Of a stretch of DNA of 64,000 nucleotides, positions 29,506 to 39,406 are shown one piece after another. The notes beneath the pieces were generated by a model that was not told the origin of the DNA, did not search any database, and worked only from the letters and a program-made list of their open reading frames with translations. The stretch comes from an uncultured Verrucomicrobiae bacterium. GTDB lineage: Bacteria; Verrucomicrobiota; Verrucomicrobiia; Chthoniobacterales; UBA10450. Position 1 is the first letter of the stretch. The number at the start of each line of letters is the position of its first letter. The translations under genes and the position numbers were made by a program. Location of the stretch: positions 254,005-318,004 of the forward strand of contig CAVWPA010000003.1 in assembly GCA_963756875.1 (NCBI GenBank), given 5' to 3'.

Positions 29506-30824
29506 TAACAGTAACGCGAACCAAAATTGTTCCATTCCATATGCATCTGGGTCGTGGGTACCATCTTCGACGGAAGAGGAGTGTCCGGGTGCCAGTGCCA
29601 CAGGACCAGCATCACAAAAAATGCGATGAGGTAAGCGGCCGCAATCCACCAGCCATAACGCACCCACTGAACGACGGAGCGAGCCTCTGGGAACAAACTG
29701 GAAAGCGCGACGCCCGCTGACGAACCGAACCAAAGCATGGATCCCCCAAATCCCACCGAATACGCGAGAAAACCCCAGTCGTAGCCACCGTGTTTCAGCG
29801 CCAGCGCCGTGAGTGGAATGTTATCGAACACGGCGGACAGGAAACCAAGACCCAGTGTCGTCGGCCAGGAGGCAGCGGGCAATTTCTCCACTGGCATCAT
29901 CGACGCGCACAACACAAGGGAGAGCAGAAAAATCGAACCCCTGAATGCTTGTGGCAGAACCTCCCAGTCGGGCCGGCGCGTTGCCATCGACAAAAACAGG
30001 GGCAGCCAAACGGCCACCCCGATAAATGGGAAATGGCTGGAGACGGCAGGAAAGATCAAATTGACGGTCACGTTTGTGGCGATGGCGAACGAAAGCATCA
30101 GCGCCACGATGCCTACCCGGACCCAATCGATATTGGGGTGCTCGCGCGAGTGTTGCAGAATGGGCGAATACTTGTGCTGTCGCTTCGCGGCGGGAACTCC
30201 AAAAATTAAGAGGGCCACTCCTGCCGCGATAATCGCCTCGAAAACGGCCGAAGGCGACACGCCGGCGATCCACATCATGGTGGTCGTTGTGTCGCCTACA
30301 ACGCTCCAGGCTCCCCCAGCGTTCGATGCGGCGACAATGGCGGCAAGAAAACCAATGTGAACTTTGGACCGGAAGAGCTGATGCGCCATCGCGCCGCCAA
30401 TCAAAGCGGCGGCGATATTATCAAGAAAACTCGAGAGCACCCAAACCATCACCAGCAAAATGAAGCCGCCCTTCCAATCGTGCGGAAGAAATCGGGGCAG
30501 CACCCCCGGCACGTGGCTCTTCTCGAAATGGCGGGATAACAACGCGAAGCCGAGCAGCAAACAGAACAGGTTGGCCAGGATGACCCATTCGTGCGCCAAA
30601 TGAGTTACGAATCCGGCGATGCCTGGCCCGGTTTTGAAACCGGTAAAGAGAATCTTGTAGATCGTAATGCCCGACAGCCCGCTAAGCGCGACCTGCAGCG
30701 TGTGACGGTGAAAAAGCGCGACTCCGAGCAACGTCAGCCCGAATAGAATAAAATCGATCGGAATACCAAACAGTGCGGGCGGGTTCGGCGGCATCCTGTC
30801 GAGAAGAGCAGCAGAGAGCATCAA
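29505..30824 (-). CDS. NhaD-type Na+/H+ antiporter (ArsB/NhaD permease superfamily)
   Basis: 439 aa and polytopic. N-terminal GIPIDFILFGLTLLGVALFHRH and LSSFLDNIAAALIGG motifs. Confidence 0.7.
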   Translation of the reverse strand: MMLSAALLDRMPPNPPALFGIPIDFILFGLTLLGVALFHRHTLQVALSGLSGITIYKILFTGFKTGPGIAGFVTHLAHEWVILANLFCLLLGFALLSRHFEKSHVPGVLPRFLPHDWKGGFILLVMVWVLSSFLDNIAAALIGGAMAHQLFRSKVHIGFLAAIVAASNAGGAWSVVGDTTTTMMWIAGVSPSAVFEAIIAAGVALLIFGVPAAKRQHKYSPILQHSREHPNIDWVRVGIVALMLSFAIATNVTVNLIFPAVSSHFPFIGVAVWLPLFLSMATRRPDWEVLPQAFRGSIFLLSLVLCASMMPVEKLPAASWPTTLGLGFLSAVFDNIPLTALALKHGGYDWGFLAYSVGFGGSMLWFGSSAGVALSSLFPEARSVVQWVRYGWWIAAAYLIAFFVMLVLWHWHPDTPLPSKMVPTTQMHMEWNNFGSRYC

Positions 30825-30888
30825 GGTGACGAGACCGAGCGCTTAGTCCACGCGCTGGCGTCTCTTGGGTTGAGAATCGTCCGTCCGG

Positions 30889-30999
30889 TTAAGAGTCGCC
30901 GTCGCGCGGCGAACTCAGGAGACGGCAATAGGCCCAGATCGTCATCCCCCAAACCAAGCCAAGGGATAACAGCATAAAAATCCAACCCCATGTATTCAT
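30889..30999 (-). CDS. MetS-like small membrane subunit of the upstream NSS transporter (36 aa)
   Basis: Not in the ORF track (<60 aa). Own translation: MNTWGWIFMLLSLGLVWGMTIWAYCRLLSSPRDGDS. AGGAG lies immediately after the transporter TAA and 10 nt before the ATG. The frame was checked against track ORF 30821..31057. Confidence 0.6.
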   Translation of the reverse strand: MNTWGWIFMLLSLGLVWGMTIWAYCRLLSSPRDGDS

Positions 31000-31014
31000 C
31001 AGTTAGCTGCTCCT

Positions 31015-32580
31015 TTAATTGTTCCGTCCATCGATGTCGAGACCAGCTGCGCGCCAACGCCGTTCGCCGACCGCGAGCACCGCGACCAGCAGCAGCAGCG
31101 TGACAGCAATAATAACCGCGGTCCAGAGCGCGATCGGGTTGCCCGCCATGCCCCGCAGCTTTGCGGGAAGCTCAGAATAAGTAAACCCGCCAAGCACCAC
31201 GAGCAGATACACGGGCGCCACCCATTTCATGATGAATACAAATACGCGCGGGATCCTGATCAGCGCGCCCTGATCCAGTTCCGCCATTCCTTTTTGAGTC
31301 CCAAAAATCCAGCCGAAGCAGATGATCTGCACGGTCGCAAGCAGGAAAATACAAAACGTGCCGACCCAAAAATCCATCGTGTCGAGCGCAATCGTGTTCC
31401 TGCTGAACCAGATTACCCAAAACGATCCGGCTCCGCAAATGACAGAGGTCAAGGCGATCGCCTTGCCGTGAGTGATCCCAAGGGCTTCCTCGAAAAACGT
31501 CTTTACCGGTTGCAGCATCGAAATCGAGCTGGTGATGGCGGCGAGAAAGAGAAGAAAGAACCAGGCGAATCCAATCAATGGCCCCAGCGCGCCCATTTGA
31601 TGAAAAACAACCGGCAAAGTCTGGAAACCAAGCCCAAAAGTGCTGGTCCCGACAATTCCGCTGGCGCCCAGGAAAACAAACGCGGCGGTGATCGTAATCA
31701 ACCCGCCAAAGCCCACTTCAAAGAGTTCGTTCGTGGCGCTTGCCGTGAATCCAGACAAGGCAACGTCGTCTCTCTTCTTCAGATAAGAGGCGTAATTCAG
31801 AATCACACCGAAGCCGACTGAGAGACTGAAGAAAATCTGTCCCGCCGCTGCGAGCCACGTTTCAAAATCAGTCAGTTTGGAAAAATCGGGGTTCCAGAGA
31901 TAGCCCAACCCGGCCAGCACATTTTGACCTGGATGAGTTGGATCGGGAGTGCCGAGCGTTAACACTCGAATCAAGACGACCACTGCCAAAACGGCCATGG
32001 CCGGAAGAGCGAACTGGCAAAACTTCTCAATGCCGCCTTTCAATCCGCGATAGACGAGGACGATGTTCAACGCGACGACGATCATCCAAAAGACCGCGCT
32101 CATGTTCAAAACGCCGTTTGTGCTCGTCCCCGTCGCGTCGCCAAAAAACGTTGCTGCGGCTTTGACTTGATCTCCGATGCTCCCGGTGAGGTGCACGCCG
32201 CCGATCAGATATTCCCAGGCATAACGGAGACACCACGCCTCGATGTAAACATAGTACATGTATACGACCATCGGGATAAGGATCGAGAGCACTCCCAGGT
32301 AACGAACGATCCGGCCACCTGCCAAGCCGAGAATCGCCGCGCCGTTGTGAAACCCCTTTGTTCCGCCGTGCCGCGCCATGGCCCACTCCGCCCAGCCGAT
32401 CGGCAAGGCGAGAAAAAGCAGGGCGCAGATATACGGAATCATAAATGCGCCACCGCCGTGCGCCACCGCCTGGCCGGGGAAGCGGAGGAAATTTCCCAGA
32501 CCGACAGCCGAGCCCGAGACCGCGAGGATCACGCCGACCCGCGTTCCCCACTCCATCTGTTTCTTTTCAGGGCCGTTCAT
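31015..32580 (-). CDS. sodium-dependent transporter, NSS/SNF family
   Basis: Signature GSAVGLGNFLRFP and about 12 TM helices. Start probably MNGPEKK (32580) rather than 32625. Confidence 0.9.
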   Translation of the reverse strand: MNGPEKKQMEWGTRVGVILAVSGSAVGLGNFLRFPGQAVAHGGGAFMIPYICALLFLALPIGWAEWAMARHGGTKGFHNGAAILGLAGGRIVRYLGVLSILIPMVVYMYYVYIEAWCLRYAWEYLIGGVHLTGSIGDQVKAAATFFGDATGTSTNGVLNMSAVFWMIVVALNIVLVYRGLKGGIEKFCQFALPAMAVLAVVVLIRVLTLGTPDPTHPGQNVLAGLGYLWNPDFSKLTDFETWLAAAGQIFFSLSVGFGVILNYASYLKKRDDVALSGFTASATNELFEVGFGGLITITAAFVFLGASGIVGTSTFGLGFQTLPVVFHQMGALGPLIGFAWFFLLFLAAITSSISMLQPVKTFFEEALGITHGKAIALTSVICGAGSFWVIWFSRNTIALDTMDFWVGTFCIFLLATVQIICFGWIFGTQKGMAELDQGALIRIPRVFVFIMKWVAPVYLLVVLGGFTYSELPAKLRGMAGNPIALWTAVIIAVTLLLLVAVLAVGERRWRAAGLDIDGRNN

Positions 32581-32686
32581 GCGCGATTCGGGGGAGATAC
32601 AGGTCCTCGAAGATTTTTCATGCAACGTTGCTTAACGAAATCGCCCACGGCTTGACAAATAGATTCACCTTGGACGCGGCAAAATC

Positions 32687-33487
32687 TCAGGCGCGACGAC
32701 TTAAGCCGCTCCAGCTGCTTTCTCCAAATCCGCGCGACGGACTGGTCGAGCCGAAGCCGAGAAGCGCTTCCGCCTGTTGGCGCAGCGCGGCCTCGCTTGC
32801 GCGATTCGTGAATGTGCGGCGCGCAGACTCCATCTCATCGAGCGACAAGTTCATGGCGCAAAGAATTTCCCATTCTTCCGGAGTAAGAAGCGCGCGGTCC
32901 GCGTCCGTCAGCGCGCGCTTTTGCAAACGGGCAACGATTGCGGCCAGCGCATCCCCACTGGACGCGCGAAAGAGATCGACGAGCCGCTGAAAGCTGAGGT
33001 GAAATGGAATTGTAGCGAGATCGACATCCAGATTTTCCGAGACGCGATCGGGAGGCATCGTGACCTCATCTGAGGTCGCCACGGAATTCCAGGTATTTTC
33101 CGGCTGATAATATCCGATCTCGACGCGATACGCGCCCCGCGGCTGTGAAACCTCGAGATAGCAACTGCCGGCCATCGGTTCCGCGGCGGCGCTTGTCTCT
33201 TCGGCGCCATCATTTCGACGAACACGTAGATGTACCTGTCGGTCCACGGGTGCCGTCTTTTCGAAGATCGACGGCCAATCGATATTCCAGTAAGTAAAGA
33301 TCGTCCGCGGGTCGCGCGCGAGAGCAAACAAGACCGGCGGCCCATAAACGCGCGGCAATTCGATCACATCATCCAGATCAAATCTCCGGTTACCTTCGGC
33401 GAAACGGACGACCGGCCCCTCGGAAATGCGAAACCCACTTCCCGTGTCGGACGTGGTTGAATGTCCGTTGCCTTCTTGTTTAGCCAT
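32687..33487 (-). CDS. DUF4912-like protein
   Basis: Start moved to MAKQEGNG (ATG 33487). The LFALARDPRTIFTYWNIDW motif is typical of DUF4912. Confidence 0.5.
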   Translation of the reverse strand: MAKQEGNGHSTTSDTGSGFRISEGPVVRFAEGNRRFDLDDVIELPRVYGPPVLFALARDPRTIFTYWNIDWPSIFEKTAPVDRQVHLRVRRNDGAEETSAAAEPMAGSCYLEVSQPRGAYRVEIGYYQPENTWNSVATSDEVTMPPDRVSENLDVDLATIPFHLSFQRLVDLFRASSGDALAAIVARLQKRALTDADRALLTPEEWEILCAMNLSLDEMESARRTFTNRASEAALRQQAEALLGFGSTSPSRGFGESSWSGLSRRA

Positions 33488-33604
33488 AGCAAAATCGCGC
33501 GTAACAACTTGGCGCAAATAAGCGAAACGCAAGGGGAATCTTGCGCCGGCTGGGCAAAGATCGACACTTGTTCCGGGCGCGTTAAACTTTGTGATCAACA
33601 AGCC

Positions 33605-34090
33605 ATGAACCGGAAAATTATCCGTTTGGAGGAATTGCCTCAGCGCGCAAAGGAATTGCGAGCCAAAGGGAAAAAACTGGTCGCCACGAATGGATGCTTC
33701 GACCTGCTGCATTTGGGGCACGTGCGTTACTTGCAGGCGGCGCGCGCACTTGGCGACGCTCTGGTGGTCGGGGTGAACGGCGACGAATCAGTCCGGGAAC
33801 TCAAGGGGCCCGGACGTCCGCTCAACGGAGAACACGCGCGCGCGGAAGTGCTTGCCGCATTGGAGTGCGTTGATTTGGTCACAATTTTTCCCGAAGAACG
33901 CGCCACACACTTTATCCAGCTGGCGGCGCCCGATGTCTATGCCAAGGGCGGCGATTATACGCCTGCCACTTTGAACGCGGAGGAACGCGCAGTTCTCGAA
34001 AAAATCGGCGCCAAAATTCAGATCATCCCATTTGAAGAAGGATATTCCACTTCGCGTCTGCTCGAGCAATTACACAAACTTCCGAAATGA
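33605..34090 (+). CDS. rfaE2: D-glycero-beta-D-manno-heptose 1-phosphate adenylyltransferase (RfaE domain II, stand-alone)
   Basis: Start moved to MNRKIIRL (ATG 33605). Cytidylyltransferase motif NGCFDLLHLGHVRYL. Confidence 0.85.
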   Translation: MNRKIIRLEELPQRAKELRAKGKKLVATNGCFDLLHLGHVRYLQAARALGDALVVGVNGDESVRELKGPGRPLNGEHARAEVLAALECVDLVTIFPEERATHFIQLAAPDVYAKGGDYTPATLNAEERAVLEKIGAKIQIIPFEEGYSTSRLLEQLHKLPK

Positions 34091-34665
34091 AGCCGCTTGC
34101 TCTGGGAATTCTTGGATCGGGCAAGGGATCGAACTGCCGCGCGATTCTGGAAAGCATTCGCTCGGGCGCGTTGCCGGCCGAAGTGCGCGTCGTGATCTCC
34201 GATGTGCTGGAAGCATCGATCCTGAACATCGCTCGCGAGTTCTCCGTCCCGAATGCCTATCTCCCGCCAGGACGATTTCGGACGCGGCTGGAGCCGGAAG
34301 CGGAAACGGAACTCGTGCAAATGCTGCGTGACGCGGGCGTGGACCTCGTCGTTCTTGCCGGTTTCATGCGCGTGATCAAATCGCCGATGCTGGAAGCGTT
34401 TCCGCGGAGAATTCTAAACATTCATCCGTCGCTGTTGCCAAAATTTCCAGGGCTGGGGGCGTGGAAACAGGCGCTGGCCGCAGGCGAAAAGACCACCGGT
34501 TGCACGGTCCATTATGTTGATGAAAAAATCGACCACGGCGATATCATCGCGCAGCGAGAAGTTGCAATCCTGCCTAACGACACTGCGGAAAGTCTGCATG
34601 CGCGAATCCAGATTGCGGAACACGAACTGTATCCCGCAGTGATCGCTCAGCTCTGCCGCGGTTGA
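34087..34665 (+). CDS. purN: phosphoribosylglycinamide formyltransferase
   Basis: 192 aa. GSGKGSN, NIHPSLLP, and the Asp of the catalytic triad in YVDEKIDHGDII. 4-nt overlap with rfaE2. Confidence 0.92.
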   Translation: MKPLALGILGSGKGSNCRAILESIRSGALPAEVRVVISDVLEASILNIAREFSVPNAYLPPGRFRTRLEPEAETELVQMLRDAGVDLVVLAGFMRVIKSPMLEAFPRRILNIHPSLLPKFPGLGAWKQALAAGEKTTGCTVHYVDEKIDHGDIIAQREVAILPNDTAESLHARIQIAEHELYPAVIAQLCRG

Positions 34666-34675
34666 CGCCGATACT

Positions 34676-35677
34676 TCAAATCTGTTCGGGCTTTTGGTCG
34701 CGTCCGAGCAGCGCTTCCATCGCCTGCGTCGCAGTCCTGCCTTCATAAAGCATCGCGTACACCTGATCGATAATTGGTGTGTCGACTCTCAATTTGCGCG
34801 CGCATTCGTACGCGCTTTTGGCAGTTGGAATCCCTTCGGCAACCATCTGCATCGCGGACGTGATTTGATCAAGCGATTGGCCCTGGCCGAGCTCATCGCC
34901 GACGCGGCGGTTGCGGCTCTGCTTGCTAAAACAGGTGAGAATCAGGTCGCCGGCTCCACTTAGGCCATAAAATGTTCGCAACTCTCCTCCCATTGGCTGG
35001 CCGAGCCGTATCATCTCGGCAAGGGATCGAGTGACCAGTGCCGCTTTGGAATTATCGCCCAGGCCCAGGCCATCACTTGCACCGGCCGCGATGGCGAACA
35101 CATTCTTTAGCGCGCCCCCAAGCTCGATGCCGGTGAGTTCTTCGCTTGTGTAAACGCGAAATCGCGGGCTGCCAAGGTAGCCCTGCAGCTCGGCGGCGTA
35201 TCTCGGATCCTTGCACCCGAGGACCGTCGCCGTTGGCAAACTTCGAGAGACTTCCCGGGCGAGGTTGGGGCCGGAAAGCACCGCAATCTCGTGGCCCAAA
35301 AAAATTTCGCCGAGGATTTCGCTCATCCTCAATCCGGTCCCATGCTCAATGCCCTTCGTGCAACTGAGAAGGACCGCCTGTTCATTAGTGATGACTTCTC
35401 GCAGTCGAGTGGCAATGGCCCGCAGCTCCGTCGAAGGAGTAACGAAAACAATGAGATCCGCTCCGGCGCAGTCTTTCAGATCGCTCGTTAGGCGAACCGA
35501 GTCTGGAATTTCTACTCCGGGTAAATAAACTTTGTTCTCGCGCGTTCGCCGGAGCTGTTCCAGTCGCGCCATGTCGTGCCCCCAGAGAAAAATATCACGC
35601 CCGTCTTTAGCCCAAAGAACCGCCAGCGCCGTTCCCCATCCGCCCGCTCCGAGAATCGCAGTCGTCTTCACTTTCAC
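34676..35677 (-). CDS. gpsA: NAD(P)H-dependent glycerol-3-phosphate dehydrogenase
   Basis: ILGAGGWGTALA Rossmann motif. Start placed at GTG 35677, overlapping the plsY TGA (GTGA). The track ORF extends to 35761. Confidence 0.9.
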   Translation of the reverse strand: MKVKTTAILGAGGWGTALAVLWAKDGRDIFLWGHDMARLEQLRRTRENKVYLPGVEIPDSVRLTSDLKDCAGADLIVFVTPSTELRAIATRLREVITNEQAVLLSCTKGIEHGTGLRMSEILGEIFLGHEIAVLSGPNLAREVSRSLPTATVLGCKDPRYAAELQGYLGSPRFRVYTSEELTGIELGGALKNVFAIAAGASDGLGLGDNSKAALVTRSLAEMIRLGQPMGGELRTFYGLSGAGDLILTCFSKQSRNRRVGDELGQGQSLDQITSAMQMVAEGIPTAKSAYECARKLRVDTPIIDQVYAMLYEGRTATQAMEALLGRDQKPEQI

Positions 35678-36297
35678 TTCTGGCGGAACCGTGGCTCGGT
35701 CCCTTTTGCGAGACGAGATAAATTTGAGCGGTGACGGACAATTACAATCACCGCGAGGCACAGCGAGAAGTACAGAAGCACGGGCGTCTCAAGGTAGCCC
35801 AGAAGCAGCATGGCGGCGGTTACAATTGGAAATGCGATCACGGCTGCAATCGAAGCCAGCGCAACGTAGCGGGTAAATTGAAACGTCGCGATCCAGACGA
35901 TTGCCATTGCGAGCGCAGCCAACGGGAGCAATGCAAAGATGACGCCACCGGATGTAGCAACGCCTTTGCCTCCTTTAAACCCGAGCCACACCGGAAAACT
36001 ATGTCCAATTACAGAACTGGTTCCCGCGATGATGCCACACAGTTCGCGACTGATTCCCGTCGGCTGCGCCCTGTCGAAAATCAACACCGAGATTCCCACC
36101 GCAGCGACGCCTTTCAAAAAGTCGAAAGCAAAAACCGGATATCCGAAGCCCTTGCCCAACGCTCGAGTGACATTGGTCGCTCCAACATTGCCGCTCCCTA
36201 CCTGGCGGATGTCAACGCCACCGATCCGACCGGCGATATAAGCGGCGGGAATCGAGCCCAGAAGATAACCGGCAAAAACTAGAAGTGCGATTGTCAT
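35674..36297 (-). CDS. plsY: glycerol-3-phosphate acyltransferase PlsY
   Basis: 207 aa with the GSGNVGATN motif and 5-6 TM helices. Confidence 0.92.
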   Translation of the reverse strand: MTIALLVFAGYLLGSIPAAYIAGRIGGVDIRQVGSGNVGATNVTRALGKGFGYPVFAFDFLKGVAAVGISVLIFDRAQPTGISRELCGIIAGTSSVIGHSFPVWLGFKGGKGVATSGGVIFALLPLAALAMAIVWIATFQFTRYVALASIAAVIAFPIVTAAMLLLGYLETPVLLYFSLCLAVIVIVRHRSNLSRLAKGTEPRFRQK

Positions 36298-36336
36298 TAC
36301 GGCAGAACCTCCCGCGCGGCAAATCAGGGATGTCCT

Positions 36337-38208
36337 TTACGCTGATGTAAGTCGCAACTCATTGCTTTTCAACCAGATAGATATAATCGCTACGTCCGTT
36401 GGAGTCACTCCACTGATTCGAGCGGCCTGCCCAAGCGAACTGGGACGAACTGCCGTAAGCTTCTGGCGCGTTTCCGAGCGGAGGCCGGCAATCTTCCCAA
36501 AATCGAGCCCATCAGGAATTCGTTGCTCCTCCCGGCTGGCCAGTCGTCGATTTTGCTCGGCCTGCCGCGCGGCATATCCCTCGTACTTGAGATCGGTTTC
36601 CACCAAATCCCAGATTTCGCGCGGCGCCAGGGTTGTCAGCTTATGCGGAAGATTCTCGAAGCGAAAATCCGGACGCTTGAGAAGCTGGCAAAGTGCTTCC
36701 CCTTGAATTCTGGTTGCGCGGGCAACTTTCCGGGTCTCATCCAGGAGGCTCATCTTATCTTGGAGGTTTCGCCAGCGGGCGGGATCAACTAGCCCCGCTT
36801 CGAATGCGCGGCCGGTTAGCCGCTGATCGGCATTGTCCTGGCGAAGTTGCAGCCGGTCCTCGGCACGACTGGTGAACATTCGATATGGCTCTTCGGTTCC
36901 CTTGGTGACCAAATCGTCGATCAACACGCCGATGTAAGCCTCGCTCCTTTCCAAGATAAGCGGCGCCTCCCCCTTGACCTTCAAGGCGGCGTTCGCTCCG
37001 GCGATTAGGCCCTGGCCGGCTGCCTCTTCATATCCGGAGGTGCCGTTGACCTGGCCGGCGAAATAGAGGCGTTGCACCAGTTTTGTTTCCAGCGTGGGCA
37101 AGAGTTGGGTCGGAGGGAAAAAGTCATATTCAACGGCATAGCCGGGGCGCATCATTTCGGCCCGCTCCAAACCGGGAACCGTCCGGAGAAATTTGAGCTG
37201 AACGTCATAAGGCAGGCTTGTCGAGATTCCATTGACATAAAACTCCTCGGTATGGCGGCCTTCGGGCTCGAGGAAAAGCTGGTGCGCAGTTTTATCGGCA
37301 AATTTGACCACTTTGTCCTCGATCGATGGGCAATATCGAGGACCGGTCCCTTGGATTCGACCGGCGTAAAGGGGAGATCGATCGAGGTTGGATCTAATGA
37401 TTTCGTGCGTCTGAGGCGTGGTGTTCGTAATCCAGCAGGGTATTTGTTCCACGTGGAACGCGCCGTCGGTCCCATGGTTCAACGTAAAAAAATCATTAGG
37501 CCGTGCCGCCTCTCCGGCGTAAAACGCAAACCTGGGCGGGGGCTCGTCTCCGAGCTGAATCTCGCACTTGGAGAAATCAATCGATCTGGCGTTTAATCGA
37601 CATGGCGTCCCTGTCTTAAATCGCCCGACGCTGAACCCGAGTCGCCGGAGATTTTCGCTCAATCCCGAGCTGGTATCGGCCATTCGCCCGCCAGGCTTGC
37701 TATTTTCGCCAACATGCAAAAGGCCGCGCAAAAATGTGCCTGCCGTAATGATCACGCTTTGGGCGTCAATTACCAGGCCCAGATCTGTCTCCACTCCGGT
37801 TACCCGGCCATTTTTCACGATTATGCCGCTAACCGTCGCTTGTTTGAGATCCAAATTGGCCGCGCGCTCGACGATCGCTTTCATTCGAAACTGGTACGCC
37901 TTTTTGTCGCATTGAACCCGGGGCGCCCGGACAGATGGCCCTTTCGATTTGTTTAGCATGCGAAACTGAATTCCTGTGGCATCGGTGTTCAAACCCATCG
38001 CGCCGCCCATCGCATCGATCTCGCGAACAATATGCCCCTTGGCCAGCCCGCCGATCGCCGGATTGCACGACATCTGGCCAATCGTATCCAGGTTTTGCGT
38101 AAGCATTAACGTGCGGCACCCGAGGCGCGCCGCAGCCAATGCCGCTTCGATTCCAGCGTGACCGCTTCCAACGACCAAAACGTCGTACTCCGTTGGCAGT
38201 CTAAACAT
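36337..38208 (-). CDS. mnmG: tRNA uridine-5-carboxymethylaminomethyl modification enzyme MnmG (GidA)
   Basis: Start moved to [23 protein letters not shown] (ATG 38208). Full-length. Confidence 0.95.
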   Translation of the reverse strand: MFRLPTEYDVLVVGSGHAGIEAALAAARLGCRTLMLTQNLDTIGQMSCNPAIGGLAKGHIVREIDAMGGAMGLNTDATGIQFRMLNKSKGPSVRAPRVQCDKKAYQFRMKAIVERAANLDLKQATVSGIIVKNGRVTGVETDLGLVIDAQSVIITAGTFLRGLLHVGENSKPGGRMADTSSGLSENLRRLGFSVGRFKTGTPCRLNARSIDFSKCEIQLGDEPPPRFAFYAGEAARPNDFFTLNHGTDGAFHVEQIPCWITNTTPQTHEIIRSNLDRSPLYAGRIQGTGPRYCPSIEDKVVKFADKTAHQLFLEPEGRHTEEFYVNGISTSLPYDVQLKFLRTVPGLERAEMMRPGYAVEYDFFPPTQLLPTLETKLVQRLYFAGQVNGTSGYEEAAGQGLIAGANAALKVKGEAPLILERSEAYIGVLIDDLVTKGTEEPYRMFTSRAEDRLQLRQDNADQRLTGRAFEAGLVDPARWRNLQDKMSLLDETRKVARATRIQGEALCQLLKRPDFRFENLPHKLTTLAPREIWDLVETDLKYEGYAARQAEQNRRLASREEQRIPDGLDFGKIAGLRSETRQKLTAVRPSSLGQAARISGVTPTDVAIISIWLKSNELRLTSA

Positions 38209-38596
38209 GGCCAAGAATTCCCTTTTTCGGGCGTGGCAGCAAATCGGCAAGTGTGGACGTTTCTTCCCGGCCTCCGACTGTCGACGAAATGACCTTCATC
38301 GCGGGATTAAACTCCGCGAGCACTTGCCGGCACGCGCCGCAGGGGGCGGCTGGCTCTTTCGACTCGGTAACGATAGCCACCGCAACAAACTCCCGTTGTC
38401 CATGAGCCACCGCCGCAGCTACCGCCGCGCGCTCTGCGCAGATGGTTAGACCTAACGAGACATTCTCGACATTGCATCCGGAAAAAATCTCACCCGACTT
38501 CGTCAACAAGGCTGCGCCCACGGCGAACTTGGAGTATGGGGCGTATGCGTTTCTTCGCGCTTGGATCGCCGCATCCACTAATTTTTTATCAGTCAT
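38201..38596 (-). CDS. cdd: cytidine deaminase
   Basis: 131 aa with zinc motifs CAERAA and PCGACRQ. Confidence 0.9.
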   Translation of the reverse strand: MTDKKLVDAAIQARRNAYAPYSKFAVGAALLTKSGEIFSGCNVENVSLGLTICAERAAVAAAVAHGQREFVAVAIVTESKEPAAPCGACRQVLAEFNPAMKVISSTVGGREETSTLADLLPRPKKGILGHV

Positions 38597-38621
38597 AAAT
38601 ACCTAATTTAAAACCATTTAT

Positions 38622-39388
38622 CTATTTCGTAGTCTCCTCGAGGCTAGAACGACGAGCAATGTCCATCTCGTCTCCTGTTCCCGGAGGAACCCCGGCTTTT
38701 TTTATCGCCCGCAAGGCTATCCGGCTAAGCAGAAAAAACAGGAGCGCCGTTGTCACAAATGCGCCGCCCCATCGCCAATATTCAATCACCCTGGGATGGC
38801 TCGTCCCCATGGCAACATGAACACCGTGACTGACCGAGAGATACCCAGATATGTATACAAAAACAAACCGGGCGCTCGTCCGATCGTTGTCCAAAGCATG
38901 TACACGCCGAATCGAATTTGCGTCAAGCCATATAGATAGTTCAGCAGACTTGTCGGAAAGAGCGGGTGCAACTGGCTCAGGAAGATGATCTTCCAGCCCT
39001 CCCGTTCGACTGCCGGCTCCAGGTTCTTTAGAACGGCATTGCCGGATAGCTTTCGCGTCAGCCATTGCTGCCCGATCGATCGACTGATGGCAAAGGAAAT
39101 TGCCGCCGAGATCGTGTTTCCCACGAGAACAAGAATGAAGCCCCACCAAAGTCCGAAGAAAAAGCCGCTCCCGATGCTCAAGACGCCGCCGGGAAGAAGC
39201 AGGATGTTACAGAGCGCGAAAAGAAGAGGATAACAAATGGCGCTCCAGGTCCCCCAATGCATCACCCGCTGCTGTAGCGCCGCCAGGAAATCGACGACCT
39301 GCAAAAAACGTGAGATGACAACAAACAACGCGATCACGCCCAGCAGCCCGGCCAGTTGCCATAGGAGCACTTTGCCCGTTTTCGACAT
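38622..39388 (-). pseudogene. TVP38/TMEM64 (DedA-related) family membrane protein with an apparent -1/+2 frameshift near 38790-38850
   Basis: Frame A (38786..39388) carries the family core up to ..GLFLYTYLG. The expected last TM helix plus basic tail (IEYWRWGGAFVTTALLFFLLSRIALRAIKKA) is in the frame of track ORF 38622..39149. Confidence 0.55.
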
Positions 39389-39406
39389 TTCGAAATTCTG
39401 CTTGTT

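Noticed and set aside
38622-39149. 175-aa ORF as an independent gene
   Set aside because: Only its last ~55 codons make sense, and they are the missing C-terminus of the adjacent TVP38-family gene. I treat it as part of a frameshifted gene.
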